Source: Nemertoderma westbladi (lineage: Eukaryota; Animalia; Xenacoelomorpha). Taken from it: a stretch of DNA of 32,365 nt. Position numbers and translations under genes: made by a program. Shown here piece by piece: positions 11,122-25,976 of the stretch; positions within the stretch are counted from its first letter, which is position 1, and every line of letters starts with the position of its first letter. The stretch is taken from NCBI GenBank assembly GCA_032718475.1, contig JAUCBJ010000999.1, positions 1 to 32,365 on the forward strand, given 5' to 3'. The notes under the pieces are model-generated. The model searched no databases, was not told the origin of the DNA, and saw only the letters and a list, made by a program, of their open reading frames with translations.

Positions 11122-14100
11122 ACATATCGTACCTTACACGATATGTTTCTAACTCTACTGTCCCGATCCGTATCTACATATCGTACCTTACACGATATGG
11201 TTCTCACTCTACCGTCCCCGATCCGTATCTACATATCGTACCTTACACGATATGTTTCTAACTCTACTGTCCCCGATCCGTATCTACATATCGTACCTTA
11301 CACGATATGGTTCTCACTCTACCGTCCCCGATCCGTATCTACATATCGTACCTTACACGATATGTTTCTAACTCTACTGTCCCCGATACGTATCTACATA
11401 TCGTACCTTACACGATATGTTTCTCACTCTACTGTCCCCGATCCGTATCTACATATCGTACCTTACACGATATGTTTCTCACTCTACCGTCCCCGATCCG
11501 TATCTACATATCGTACCTTACACGATATGTTTCTAACTCTACTATCCCCGATCCGTATCTACATATCGTACCTTACACGATATGTTTCTAACTCTACTGT
11601 CCCCGATCCGTATCTACTTAACGTACCGTACACGATATGTTTCTCACTCTACCGTCCCCGATCCGTATCTACATATCGTACCTTACACGAGATGTTTCTA
11701 ACTCATTGTCCCCGATCCGTATCTACATATCGTACCTTACACGATATGTTTCTAACTCTACTGTCCCCGATACGTATCTACATAACGTACCTTACACGAT
11801 ATGGTTCTCACTCTACCGTCCCCGATCCGTATCTACATATCGTACCTTACACGATATGTTTCTCACTCTACCGTCCCCGATCCGTATCTACATATCATAC
11901 CTTACACGAGATGTTTCTAACTCATTGTCCCCGATCCGTATCTACATATCGTACCTTACACGATATGTTTCTAACTCTACTGTCCCCGATACGTATCTAC
12001 ATAACGTACCTTACACGATATGGTTCTCACTCTACCGTCCCCGATCCGTATCTACATATCGTACCTTACACGATATGTTTCTCACTCTACCGTCCCCGAT
12101 CCGTATCTACATATCGTACCTTTACACGATATGTTTCTAACTCTACTGTCCCCGATCCATATCTACATATCGTACCTTTACACGATATGTTTCTCACTCT
12201 ACCGTCCCCGATCCATATCTACATATCGTACCTTACACGATATGTTTCTAACTCTACTGTCCTCGATCCGTATCTACATATCGTACCTTACACGATATGT
12301 TTCTCACTCTACCGTCCCCGATCCGTATCTACACATCGTACCTTTACACGATATGTTTCTAACTCATTGTCCCCGATCCGTATCTACATATCGTACCTTA
12401 CACGATATGTTTCTCACTCTACCGTCCCCGATCCGTATCTACACATCGTACCTTTACAAGATATGTTTCTAACTCATTCTCCCCGATCCGTATCTACATA
12501 TCGTACCTTACACGATATGTTTCTCACTCTACCGTCCTCGATCCATATCTACATATCATACCTTACACGATATGTTTCTCACTCTACTGTCCCCGATCCG
12601 TATCTACATATCGTACCTTACACGATATGTTTCTAACTCAACTGTCCCCGATCCGTATCTACATATCATACCTTACACGATATGTTTCTCACTCTACTGT
12701 CCCCTATCCGTATCTACATATCGTACCTTACACGATATGTTTCTAACTCAACTGTCCCCGATCCGTATATACATATCATATCGTACCTTACACGATATGT
12801 TTCTCACTACTGTCCCCGATACGTATCTACATATCGTACCTTACACGATATGTTTCTAACTCTACTGTCCCCGATCCGTATCTACATATCGTACCTTTAC
12901 ACGATATGTTTCTAACTCTACTGTCCCCGATCCGTATCTACATATCGTACCTTACACGATATGTTTCTAACTCTACTATCCCCGATCCGTATCTACATAT
13001 CGTACCTTACACGATATGTTTCTAACTCTACTGTCCCCGATCCGTATCTACATATCGTACCTTTACACGATATGTTTCTAACTCTACTGTCCCCGATCCG
13101 TATCTACATATCGTACCTTTACACGATATGTTTCTAACTCTACTATCCCCGATCCGTATCTACATATCGTACCTTACACGATATGTTTCTAACTCTACTG
13201 TCCCCGATCCGTATCTACACATCGTACCTTTACACGATATGTTTCTAACTCTACTGTCCCCGATACGTATCTACATATCGTACCTTACACGATATGTTTC
13301 TCACTCTACTGTCCCAGTTCCGTATCTACACATCGTACCTTACACGATATGTTTCTAACTCTACTGTCCCTGATCCGTATCTACATATCGTACCTTACAC
13401 GATATGTTTCTCACTCTACTGTCCCCGATACGTATCTACATATCGTACCTTTACACGATATGTTTCTCTCTCTACTGTCGCCGATCTGTATCTACATATC
13501 GTACCTTACACGATATGTTTCTCACTCTACTGTCCCCGATACGTATCTACATATCGTACCTTTACACGATATGTTTCTAACTCTACTATCCCCGATCCGT
13601 ATCTACATATCGTACCTTACACGATATGTTTCTAACTCTACTGTCACCGATCCGTATCTACATATCGTACCTTTACACGATATGTTTCTAACTCTACTGT
13701 CCCCGATCCGTATCTACATATCGTACCTTTACACGATATGTTTCTAACTCTACTATCCCCGATCCGTATCTACATATCGTACCTTACACGATATGTTTCT
13801 AACTCTACTATCCCCGATCCGTATCTACATATCGTACCTTACACGATATGTTTCTAACTCTACTGTCCCCGATCCGTATCTACACATCGTACCTTTACAC
13901 GATATGTTTCTAACTCTACTGTCCCCGATACGTATCTACACATCGTACCTTACACGATATGTTTCTCACTCTACTGTCCCAGTTCCGTATCTACACATCG
14001 TACCTTACACGATATGTTTCTAACTCTACTGTCCCTGATCCGTATCTACATATCGTACCTTACACGATATGTTTCTCACTCTACTGTCCCCGATCCGTAT

Positions 14101-17100
14101 CTACATATCGTACCTTACACGATATGTTTCTAACTCTACTGTCCCCGATCCGTATCTACATATCGTACCTTACACGAGATGTTTCTAACTCTACTGTCCC
14201 CGATCCGGATCTACACATCGTACCTTTACACGATATGTTTCTAACTCATTGTCCCCGATCCGTATCTACATATCGTACCTTACACGATATGTTTCTCACT
14301 CTACCGTCCCCGATCCGTATCTACACATCGTACCTTTACACGATATGTTTCTACTCATTGTCCCCGATCCGTATCTACATATCGTACCTTACACGATATG
14401 TTTCTCACTCTACTGTCCCCGATCCGTATCTACATATCGTACCTTACACGATATGTTTCTAACTCTACTGTCCCCGATCCGTATCTACATATCGTACCTT
14501 ACACGAGATGTTTCTAACTCTACTGTCCCCGATCCGGATCTACACATCGTACCTTTACACGATATGTTTCTAACTCATTGTCCCCGATCCGTATCTACAT
14601 ATCGTACCTTACACGATATGTTTCTCACTCTACCGTCCCCGATCCGTATCTACACATCGTACCTTTACACGATATGTTTCTACTCATTGTCCCCGATCCG
14701 TATCTACATATCGTACCTTACACGATATGTTTCTCACTCTACTGTCCCCGATCCGTATCTACATATCATATCGTACCTTACACGATATGTTTCTAACTCA
14801 ACTGTCCCCGATCCGTATCTACATATCATATCGTACCTTACACGATATGTTTCTCACTACTGTCCCCGATACGTATCTACATATCGTACCTTACACGATA
14901 TGTTTCTAACTCTACTGTCCCCGATCCGTATCTACATATCGTACCTTTACACGATATGTTTCTAACTCTACTGTCCCCGATCCGTATCTACACATCGTAC
15001 CTTTACACGATATGTTTCTAACTCTACTGTCCCCGATACGTATCTACATATCGTACCTTACACGATATGTTTCTCACTCTACTGTCCCCGTTCCGTATCT
15101 ACACATCGTACCTTACACGATATGTTTCTAACTCTACTGTCCCTGATCCGTATCTACATATCGTACCTTACACGATATGTTTCTCACTCTACTGTCCCCG
15201 ATACGTATCTACATATCGTACCTTTACACGATATGTTTCTCACTCTACTGTCCCCGATCTGTATCTACATATCGTACCTTACACGATATGTTTCTCACTC
15301 TACTGTCCCCGATACGTATCTACATATCGTACCTTTACACGATATGTTTCTAACTCTACTATCCCCGATCCGTATCTACATATCGTACCTTACACGATAT
15401 GTTTCTAACTCTACTGTCCCCGATCCGTATCTACATATCGTACCTTTACACGATATGTTTCTAACTCTACTGTCCCCGATCCGTATCTACATATCGTACC
15501 TTACACGATATGATTCTCACTCTACTGTCCCCGATACGTATCTACATATCGTACCTTACACGATATGTTTCTAACTCTACTGTCCCCGATCCGTATCTAC
15601 ATATCGTACCTTTACACGATATGTTTCTAACTCTACTGTCCCCGATCCGTATCTACATATCGTACCTTACACGATATGATTCTCACTCCACTGTCCCCGA
15701 TCCGTATCTACATATCGTACCTTACACGATATGTTTCTAACTCTACTGTCCCTGATCCGTATCTACATATCGTACCTTACACGATATGTTTCTCACTCTA
15801 CTGTCCCCGATCCGTATCTACATATCGTACCTTACACGATATGTTTCTCACTCTACTGTCCCCGATCCGTATCTACTTATCGTACCTTTACACGATATGT
15901 TTCTAACTCATTGTCCCCGATCCGTATCTACATATCGTACCTTACACGATATGTTTCTCACTCTACTGTCCCCGATCCGAATCTACATATCGTACCTTTA
16001 CACGATATGTTTCTCACTCTACTGTCCCCGATCCGTATCTACATATCGTACCTTTACACGATATGTTTCTAACTCATTGTCCCCGATCCGTATCTACATA
16101 TCGTACCTTACACGATATGTTTCTCACTCTACTGTCCCCGATACGTATCTACATATCGTACCTTACACGATATGTTTCTAACTCTACTGTCCCCGATCCG
16201 TATCTACATATCGTACCTTTACACGATATGTTTCTAACTCATTGTCCCCGATCCGTATCTACATATCGTACCTTACACGATATGATTCTCACTCCACTGT
16301 CCCCGATCCGTATCTACATATCGTACCTTACACGATATGTTTCTAACTCTACTGTCCCCGATCCGTATCTACATATCGTACCTTTACACGATATGTTTCT
16401 CACTCTACTGTCCCCGATCCGTATCTACATATCGTACCTTACACGATATGTTTCTCACTCTACTGTCCCCGATCCGTATCTACTTATCGTACCTTTACAC
16501 GATATGTTTCTAACTCATTGTCCCCGATCCGTATCTACATATCGTACCTTACACGATATGTTTCTCACTCTACTGTCCCCGATCCGAATCTACATATCGT
16601 ACCTTTACACGATATGTTTCTCACTCTACTGTCCCCGATCCGTATCTACATATCGTACCTTTACACGATATGTTTCTAACTCATTGTCCCCGATCCGTAT
16701 CTACATATCGTACCTTACACGATATGTTTCTCACTCTACTGTCCCCGATACGTATCTACATATCGTACCTTTACACGATATGTTTCTCACTCTACTGTCC
16801 CCGATCCGTATCTACATATCGTACCTTTACACGATATGTTTCTAACTCATTGTCCCCGATCCGTATCTACATATCGTACCTTACACGATATGTTTCTCAC
16901 TCTACTGTCCCCGATACGTATCTACATATCGTACCTTTACACGATATGTTTCTAACTCATTGTCCCCGATCCGTATCTACATATCGTACCTTACACGATA
17001 TGTTTCTCACTCTACTGTCCCCGATCCGTATCTACATATCGTACCTTTACACGATATGTTTCTCACTCTACTGTCCCCGATCCGTATCTACATATCGTAC

Positions 17101-20100
17101 CTTTACACGATATGTTTCTAACTCATTGTCCCCGATCCGTATCTACATATCGTACCTTACACGATATGTTTCTCACTCTACTGTCCCCGATACGTATCTA
17201 CATATCGTACCTTTACACGATATGTTTCTCACTCTACTGTCCCCGATCTGTATCTACATATCGTACCTTACACGATATGTTTCTCACTCTACTGTCCCCG
17301 ATACGTATCTACATATCGTACCTTTACACGATATGTTTCTAACTCTACTATCCCCGATCCGTATCTACATATCGTACCTTACACGATATGTTTCTCACTC
17401 TACTTTCCCCGATCTGTATCTACATATCGTACCTTTACACGATATGTTTCTAACTCATTGTCCCCGATCCGTATCTACATATCGTACCTTACACGATATG
17501 TTTCTCACTCTACTGTCCCCGATACGTATCTACATATCGTACCTTTACACGATATGTTTCTAACTCATTGTCCCCGATCCGTATCTACATATCGTACCTT
17601 ACACGATATGTTTCTCACTCTACTGTCCCCGATCCGTATCTACATATCGTACCTTTACACGATATGTTTCTCACTCTACTGTCCCCGATCCGTATCTACA
17701 TATCGTACCTTTACACGATATGTTTCTAACTCATTGTCCCCGATCCGTATCTACATATCGTACCTTACACGATATGTTTCTCACTCTACTGTCCCCGATA
17801 CGTATCTACATATCGTACCTTTACACGATATGTTTCTCACTCTACTGTCCCCGATCTGTATCTACATATCGTACCTTACACGATATGTTTCTCACTCTAC
17901 TGTCCCCGATACGTATCTACATATCGTACCTTTACACGATATGTTTCTAACTCTACTATCCCCGATCCGTATCTACATATCGTACCTTACACGATATGTT
18001 TCTAACTCTACTGTCCCCGATCCGTATCTACACATCGTACCTTACACGATATGGTTCTCACTCTACTGTCCCCGATCTGTATCTACATATCGTACCTTAC
18101 ACGATATGTTTCTCACTCTACTGTCCCCGATACGTATCTACATATCGTACCTTTACACGATATGTTTCTAACTCTACTATCCCCGATCCGTATCTACATA
18201 TCGTACCTTACACGATATGTTTCTAACTCTACTGTCCCCGATCCGTATCTACATATCGTACCTTTACACGATATGTTTCTAACTCTACTGTCCCCGATCC
18301 GTATCTACATATCGTACCTTACCCGATATGTTTCTCACTCTACTGTCCCCGATACGTATCTACATATCGTACCTTTACACGATATGTTTCTCACTCTACT
18401 GTCCCCGATCCGTATCTACATATCGTACCTTACACGATATGTTTCTCACTCTACTGTCCCCGATCCGTATCTACATATCGTACCTTTACACGATATGTTT
18501 CTAACTCATTGTCCCCGATCCGTATCTACATATCGTACCTTACACGATATGTTTCTAACTCTACTGTCCCCGATCCGTATCTACATATCGTACCTTTACA
18601 CGATATGTTTCTAACTCATTGTCCCCGATCCGTATCTACATATCGTACCTTACACGATATGTTTCTCACTCTACTGTCCCCGATCCGAATCTACATATCG
18701 TACCTTACGCGATATGTTTCTAACTCTACTGTCCCCGATCCGTATCTACATATCGTACCTTACACGATATGTTTCTCACTCTACTGTCCCCGATCCGTAT
18801 CTACATATCGTACCTTTACACGATATGTTTCTCACTCTACTGTCCCCGATCCGTATCTACATATCGTACCTTACACGATATGTTTCTAACTCTACTGTCC
18901 CCGATCCGTATCTACATATCGTACCTTACACGATATGTTTCTCACTCTACTGTCCCCGATCCGTATCTACATATCGTACCTTACACGAGATGTTTCTAAC
19001 TCTACTGTCCCCGATCCGTATCTACATATCGTACCTTGCGATATGTTTCTCACTCTACTGTCCCCGATCCGTATCTACATATCGTACCTTACACGAGATG
19101 TTTCTAACTCTACTGTCCCCGATCCGTATCTACACATCGTACCTTTACACGATATGTTTCTCACTCTACTGTCCCCGATACGTATCTACATATCGTACCT
19201 TACACGATATGTTTCTAACTCTACTGTCCCCGATCCGTATCTACATATCGTACCTTTACACGATATGTTTCTAACTCTACTGTCCCCGATCCGTATCTAC
19301 ACATCGTACCTTTACACGATATGTTTCTAACTCTACTGTCCCCGATACGTATCTACATATCGTACCTTACACGATATGTTTCTCACTCTACTGTCCCCGT
19401 TCCGTATCTACACATCGTACCTTACACGATATGTTTCTAACTCTACTGTCCCTGATCCGTATCTACATATCGTACCTTACACGATATGTTTCTCACTCTA
19501 CTGTCCCCGATACGTATCTACATATCGTACCTTTACACGATATGTTTCTCACTCTACTGTCCCCGATCTGTATCTACATATCGTACCTTACACGATATGT
19601 TTCTCACTCTACTGTCCCCGATACGTATCTACATATCGTACCTTTACACGATATGTTTCTAACTCTACTATCCCCGATCCGTATCTACATATCGTACCTT
19701 ACACGATATGTTTCTAACTCTACTGTCCCCGATCCGTATCTACATATCGTACCTTTACACGATATGTTTCTAACTCTACTGTCCCCGATCCGTATCTACA
19801 TATCGTACCTTACACGATATGATTCTCACTCTACTGTCCCCGATACGTATCTACATATCGTACCTTTACACGATATGTTTCTCACTCTACTGTCCCCGAT
19901 CCGTATCTACATATCGTACCTTACACGATATGTTTCTCACTCTACTGTCCCCGATCCGTATCTACTTATCGTACCTTTACACGATATGTTTCTAACTCAT
20001 TGTCCCCGATCCGTATCTACATATCGTACCTTACACGATATGTTTCTCACTCTACTGTCCCCGATCCGAATCTACATATCGTACCTTTACACGATATGTT

Positions 20101-23100
20101 TCTCACTCTACTGTCCCCGATCCGTATCTACATATCGTACCTTTACACGATATGTTTCTAACTCATTGTCCCCGATCCGTATCTACATATCGTACCTTAC
20201 ACGATATGTTTCTCACTCTACTGTCCCCGATACGTATCTACATATCGTACCTTTACACGATATGTTTCTCACTCTACTGTCCCCGATCCGTATCTACATA
20301 TCGTACCTTTACACGATATGTTTCTAACTCATTGTCCCCGATCCGTATCTACATATCGTACCTTACACGATATGTTTCTCACTCTACTGTCCCCGATACG
20401 TATCTACATATCGTACCTTTACACGATATGTTTCTAACTCATTGTCCCCGATCCGTATCTACATATCGTACCTTACACGATATGTTTCTCACTCTACTGT
20501 CCCCGATCCGTATCTACATATCGTACCTTTACACGATATGTTTCTCACTCTACTGTCCCCGATCCGTATCTACATATCGTACCTTTACACGATATGTTTC
20601 TAACACATTGTCCCCGATCCGTATCTACATATCGTACCTTACACGATATGTTTCTCACTCTACTGTCCCCGATACGTATCTACATATCGTACCTTTACAC
20701 GATATGTTTCTCACTCTACTGTCCCCGATCTGTATCTACATATCGTACCTTACACGATATGTTTCTCACTCTACTGTCCCCGATACGTATCTACATATCG
20801 TACCTTTACACGATATGTTTCTAACTCTACTATCCCCGATCCGTATCTACATATCGTACCTTACACGATATGTTTCTAACTCTACTGTCCCCGATCCGTA
20901 TCTACATATCGTACCTTTACACGATATGTTTCTAACTCTACTGTCCCCGATCCGTATCTACATATCGTACCTTACCCGATATGTTTCTCACTCTACTGTC
21001 CCCGATACGTATCTACATATCGTACCTTTACACGATATGTTTCTCACTCTACTGTCCCCGATCCGTATCTACATATCGTACCTTACACGATATGTTTCTC
21101 ACTCTACTGTCCCCGATCCGTATCTACATATCGTACCTTTACACGATATGTTTCTAACTCATTGTCCCCGATCCGTATCTACATATCGTACCTTACACGA
21201 TATGTTTCTCACTCTACTGTCCCCGATCCGTATCTACATATCGTACCTTTACACGATATGTTTCTCACTCTACTGTCCCCGATCCGTATCTACATATCGT
21301 ACCTTTACACGATATGTTTCTAACTCATTGTCCCCGATCCGTATCTACATATCGTACCTTACACGATATGTTTCTCACTCTACTGTCCCCGATACGTATC
21401 TACATATCGTACCTTTACACGATATGTTTCTCACTCTACTGTCCCCGATCTGTATCTACATATCGTACCTTACACGATATGTTTCTCACTCTACTGTCCC
21501 CGATACGTATCTACATATCGTACCTTTACACGATATGTTTCTAACTCTACTATCCCCGATCCGTATCTACATATCGTACCTTACACGATATGTTTCTAAC
21601 TCTACTGTCCCCGATCCGTATCTACACATCGTACCTTACACGATATGGTTCTCACTCTACTGTCCCCGATCTGTATCTACATATCGTACCTTACACGATA
21701 TGTTTCTCACTCTACTGTCCCCGATACGTATCTACATATCGTACCTTTACACGATATGTTTCTAACTCTACTATCCCCGATCCGTATCTACATATCGTAC
21801 CTTACACGATATGTTTCTAACTCTACTGTCCCCGATCCGTATCTACATATCGTACCTTTACACGATATGTTTCTAACTCTACTGTCCCCGATCCGTATCT
21901 ACATATCGTACCTTACCCGATATGTTTCTCACTCTACTGTCCCCGATACGTATCTACATATCGTACCTTTACACGATATGTTTCTCACTCTACTGTCCCC
22001 GATCCGTATCTACATATCGTACCTTACACGATATGTTTCTCACTCTACTGTCCCCGATCCGTATCTACATATCGTACCTTTACACGATATGTTTCTAACT
22101 CATTGTCCCCGATCCGTATCTACATATCGTACCTTACACGATATGTTTCTAACTCTACTGTCCCCGATCCGTATCTACATATCGTACCTTTACACGATAT
22201 GTTTCTAACTCATTGTCCCCGATCCGTATCTACATATCGTACCTTACACGATATGTTTCTCACTCTACTGTCCCCGATCCGAATCTACATATCGTACCTT
22301 ACGCGATATGTTTCTAACTCTACTGTCCCCGATCCGTATCTACATATCGTACCTTACACGATATGTTTCTCACTCTACTGTCCCCGATCCGTATCTACAT
22401 ATCGTACCTTTACACGATATGTTTCTCACTCTACTGTCCCCGATCCGTATCTACATATCGTACCTTACACGATATGTTTCTAACTCTACTGTCCCCGATC
22501 CGTATCTACATATCGTACCTTACACGATATGTTTCTCACTCTACTGTCCCCGATCCGTATCTACATATCGTACCTTACACGAGATGTTTCTAACTCTACT
22601 GTCCCCGATCCGTATCTACATATCGTACCTTGCGATATGTTTCTCACTCTACTGTCCCCGATCCGTATCTACATATCGTACCTTACACGAGATGTTTCTA
22701 ACTCTACTGTCCCCGATCCGTATCTACACATCGTACCTTTACACGATATGTTTCTCACTCTACTGTCCCCGATACGTATCTACATATCGTACCTTACACG
22801 ATATGTTTCTAACTCTACTGTCCCCGATCCGTATCTACATATCGTACCTTTACACGATATGTTTCTAACTCTACTGTCCCCGATCCGTATCTACACATCG
22901 TACCTTTACACGATATGTTTCTAACTCTACTGTCCCCGATACGTATCTACATATCGTACCTTACACGATATGTTTCTCACTCTACTGTCCCCGTTCCGTA
23001 TCTACACATCGTACCTTACACGATATGTTTCTAACTCTACTGTCCCTGATCCGTATCTACATATCGTACCTTACACGATATGTTTCTCACTCTACTGTCC

Positions 23101-25976
23101 CCGATACGTATCTACATATCGTACCTTTACACGATATGTTTCTCACTCTACTGTCCCCGATCTGTATCTACATATCGTACCTTACACGATATGTTTCTCA
23201 CTCTACTGTCCCCGATACGTATCTACATATCGTACCTTTACACGATATGTTTCTAACTCTACTATCCCCGATCCGTATCTACATATCGTACCTTACACGA
23301 TATGTTTCTAACTCTACTGTCCCCGATCCGTATCTACATATCGTACCTTTACACGATATGTTTCTAACTCTACTGTCCCCGATCCGTATCTACATATCGT
23401 ACCTTACACGATATGATTCTCACTCTACTGTCCCCGATACGTATCTACATATCGTACCTTTACACGATATGTTTCTCACTCTACTGTCCCCGATCCGTAT
23501 CTACATATCGTACCTTACACGATATGTTTCTCACTCTACTGTCCCCGATCCGTATCTACTTATCGTACCTTTACACGATATGTTTCTAACTCATTGTCCC
23601 CGATCCGTATCTACATATCGTACCTTACACGATATGTTTCTCACTCTACTGTCCCCGATCCGAATCTACATATCGTACCTTTACACGATATGTTTCTCAC
23701 TCTACTGTCCCCGATCCGTATCTACATATCGTACCTTTACACGATATGTTTCTAACTCATTGTCCCCGATCCGTATCTACATATCGTACCTTACACGATA
23801 TGTTTCTCACTCTACTGTCCCCGATACGTATCTACATATCGTACCTTTACACGATATGTTTCTCACTCTACTGTCCCCGATCCGTATCTACATATCGTAC
23901 CTTTACACGATATGTTTCTAACTCATTGTCCCCGATCCGTATCTACATATCGTACCTTACACGATATGTTTCTCACTCTACTGTCCCCGATACGTATCTA
24001 CATATCGTACCTTTACACGATATGTTTCTAACTCATTGTCCCCGATCCGTATCTACATATCGTACCTTACACGATATGTTTCTCACTCTACTGTCCCCGA
24101 TCCGTATCTACATATCGTACCTTTACACGATATGTTTCTCACTCTACTGTCCCCGATCCGTATCTACATATCGTACCTTTACACGATATGTTTCTAACTC
24201 ATTGTCCCCGATCCGTATCTACATATCGTACCTTACACGATATGTTTCTCACTCTACTGTCCCCGATACGTATCTACATATCGTACCTTTACACGATATG
24301 TTTCTCACTCTACTGTCCCCGATCTGTATCTACATATCGTACCTTACACGATATGTTTCTCACTCTACTGTCCCCGATACGTATCTACATATCGTACCTT
24401 TACACGATATGTTTCTAACTCTACTATCCCCGATCCGTATCTACATATCGTACCTTACACGATATGTTTCTAACTCTACTGTCCCCGATCCGTATCTACA
24501 TATCGTACCTTTACACGATATGTTTCTAACTCTACTGTCCCCGATCCGTATCTACATATCGTACCTTACCCGATATGTTTCTCACTCTACTGTCCCCGAT
24601 ACGTATCTACATATCGTACCTTTACACGATATGTTTCTCACTCTACTGTCCCCGATCCGTATCTACATATCGTACCTTACACGATATGTTTCTCACTCTA
24701 CTGTCCCCGATCCGTATCTACATATCGTACCTTTACACGATATGTTTCTAACTCATTGTCCCCGATCCGTATCTACATATCGTACCTTACACGATATGTT
24801 TCTAACTCTACTGTCCCCGATCCGTATCTACATATCGTACCTTTACACGATATGTTTCTAACTCATTGTCCCCGATCCGTATCTACATATCGTACCTTAC
24901 ACGATATGTTTCTCACTCTACTGTCCCCGATCCGAATCTACATATCGTACCTTACGCGATATGTTTCTAACTCTACTGTCCCCGATCCGTATCTACATAT
25001 CGTACCTTACACGATATGTTTCTCACTCTACTGTCCCCGATCCGTATCTACATATCGTACCTTTACACGATATGTTTCTCACTCTACTGTCCCCGATCCG
25101 TATCTACATATCGTACCTTACACGATATGTTTCTAACTCTACTGTCCCCGATCCGTATCTACATATCGTACCTTACACGATATGTTTCTCACTCTACTGT
25201 CCCCGATCCGTATCTACATATCGTACCTTACACGAGATGTTTCTAACTCTACTGTCCCCGATCCGTATCTACATATCGTACCTTGCGATATGTTTCTCAC
25301 TCTACTGTCCCCGATCCGTATCTACATATCGTACCTTACACGAGATGTTTCTAACTCTACTGTCCCCGATCCGTATCTACACATCGTACCTTTACACGAT
25401 ATGTTTCTCACTCTACTGTCCCCGATACGTATCTACATATCGTACCTTTACACGATAGGTTTTTAACTCTACTGTCCCCGATCCGTATCTACATATCGTA
25501 CCTTTAGACGATAGGTTTCTAACTCTACTGTCCCCGATCCGTATCTACACATCGTACCTTTACACGATAGGTTTCTAACTCTACTGTCCCCGATCCGTAT
25601 CTACATATCATACCTTTACACGATATGTTTCTAACTCTACTGTCCCGATCCGTATCTACATATCGTACCTTTACACGATAGGTTTCTCACTCTACTGTCC
25701 CCGATCCGTATCTACATATCATACCTTTACACGATATGTTTCTAACTCTACTGTCCCCGATCCATATCTACATATCGTACCTTACACGATATGTTTCTAA
25801 CTCTACTGTCCCCGATCCATATCTACATATCGTACCTTTACACGATATGTTTCTCACTCTACTGTCCCCGATCCGTATCTACACATCGTACCTTACACGA
25901 TATGTTTCTAACTCTACTGTCCCCGATCCGTATCTACACATCGTACCTTACACGGTACGTTTCTCACTCTACTGTC
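11122..25976. repeat. Satellite DNA array, 54-56 bp monomer (~270 copies) with higher-order structure
   Basis: Consensus ACATATCGTACCTT(T)ACACGATATGTTTCT(A/C)ACTCTACTGTCCCCGATCCGTATCT is repeated without unique spacers over ~14.85 kb. Diagnostic variants recur at 3594 and 2653 bp intervals. Confidence 0.98.

Noticed and set aside
11122-25976. CRISPR-like array (hairpin repeats at a regular period)
   Set aside because: The sequence between hairpins is near-identical rather than unique spacers, there are no cas genes, and the context is eukaryotic.
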